From NCBI GenBank assembly GCA_963788655.1, contig CAWBHS010000115.1, forward strand, positions 1 to 38,597: a DNA stretch of 38,597 bases, read 5' to 3'. Below are positions 38,452-38,597 of the stretch, one piece after another. The position numbers were made by a program, and so were the translations under genes. The stretch's first letter is position 1. The number at the start of each line of letters is the position of its first letter. The DNA is from an uncultured Verrucomicrobiae bacterium. GTDB lineage: Bacteria; Verrucomicrobiota; Verrucomicrobiia; Limisphaerales; JAFGQR01. The notes under the pieces are model-generated. The model was not told the origin of the DNA, did no database searches, and was given only the letters and a program-made list of their open reading frames with translations.

Positions 38452-38597
38452 AGCTTTCTGTTTGAGGATTTTGGGACCGCGGCGCGTGCAAGCCGATTTC
38501 TCTGGCGGCACCCTCTCCACCGACGCCGGCGCGTTGCTCCTGCGCCAGGTCGATCGGAGCCTCGGGTTGAGCGCCGAACTGGCCCGTTGCTTGTTAC
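38449..38597 (+). mobile_element. IS1380-family transposase, N-terminal fragment running off the window
   Basis: QSFLFED then, after a frameshift, GPRRVQADFSGGTLSTDAGALLLRQVDRSLGLSAELARC: typical IS1380 N-terminus (F.GG.LSSDAG.LLL). No start codon seen. Confidence 0.8.

Overview
GC-rich bacterial window, most likely Verrucomicrobiota (inferred from an FYRL-type C-terminal domain, a DUF1559-like pilin, a sulfatase and the REP families). Left (1-8.9 kb): a metal-homeostasis block. A surface protein, a pilin-like protein and an ABC-3 metal transporter converge on a minus-strand run (broken outer-membrane barrel, mntH, usp, AraC remnant, dps) that is divergent from mntR across a perfect MntR-type palindrome. 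Middle (9-16 kb): REP clusters, a scar where two different IS66 left halves are fused in inverted orientation at the same tnpB codon, an orphan multi-PAS histidine kinase and a sulfatase. Centre (16.4-30.2 kb): the standout system, an FNR-box-preceded cluster hemerythrin / diheme cytochrome c-narG-narH-narJ-narI::Rieske-cytochrome b(PEWY)-monoheme cytochrome c-narK-MOSC-mobA. It is a cytoplasm-facing nitrate reductase whose NarI anchor is fused through an internal twin-arginine motif to a Rieske domain, apparently wiring it to a bc-type Q-cycle module. Right (30.3-38.6 kb): an NsrR-type operator before a group III truncated hemoglobin tightly followed by pdhA-pdhB-pdhC-lpdA, a small Cys-rich ORF and a [2Fe-2S]-type ilvD, then IS remnants. 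This right part carries many single-base frameshifts that look like sequencing errors. At least seven REP-like palindrome families occur, some in frame inside genes. All calls are from motif recognition by eye; no searches were run.
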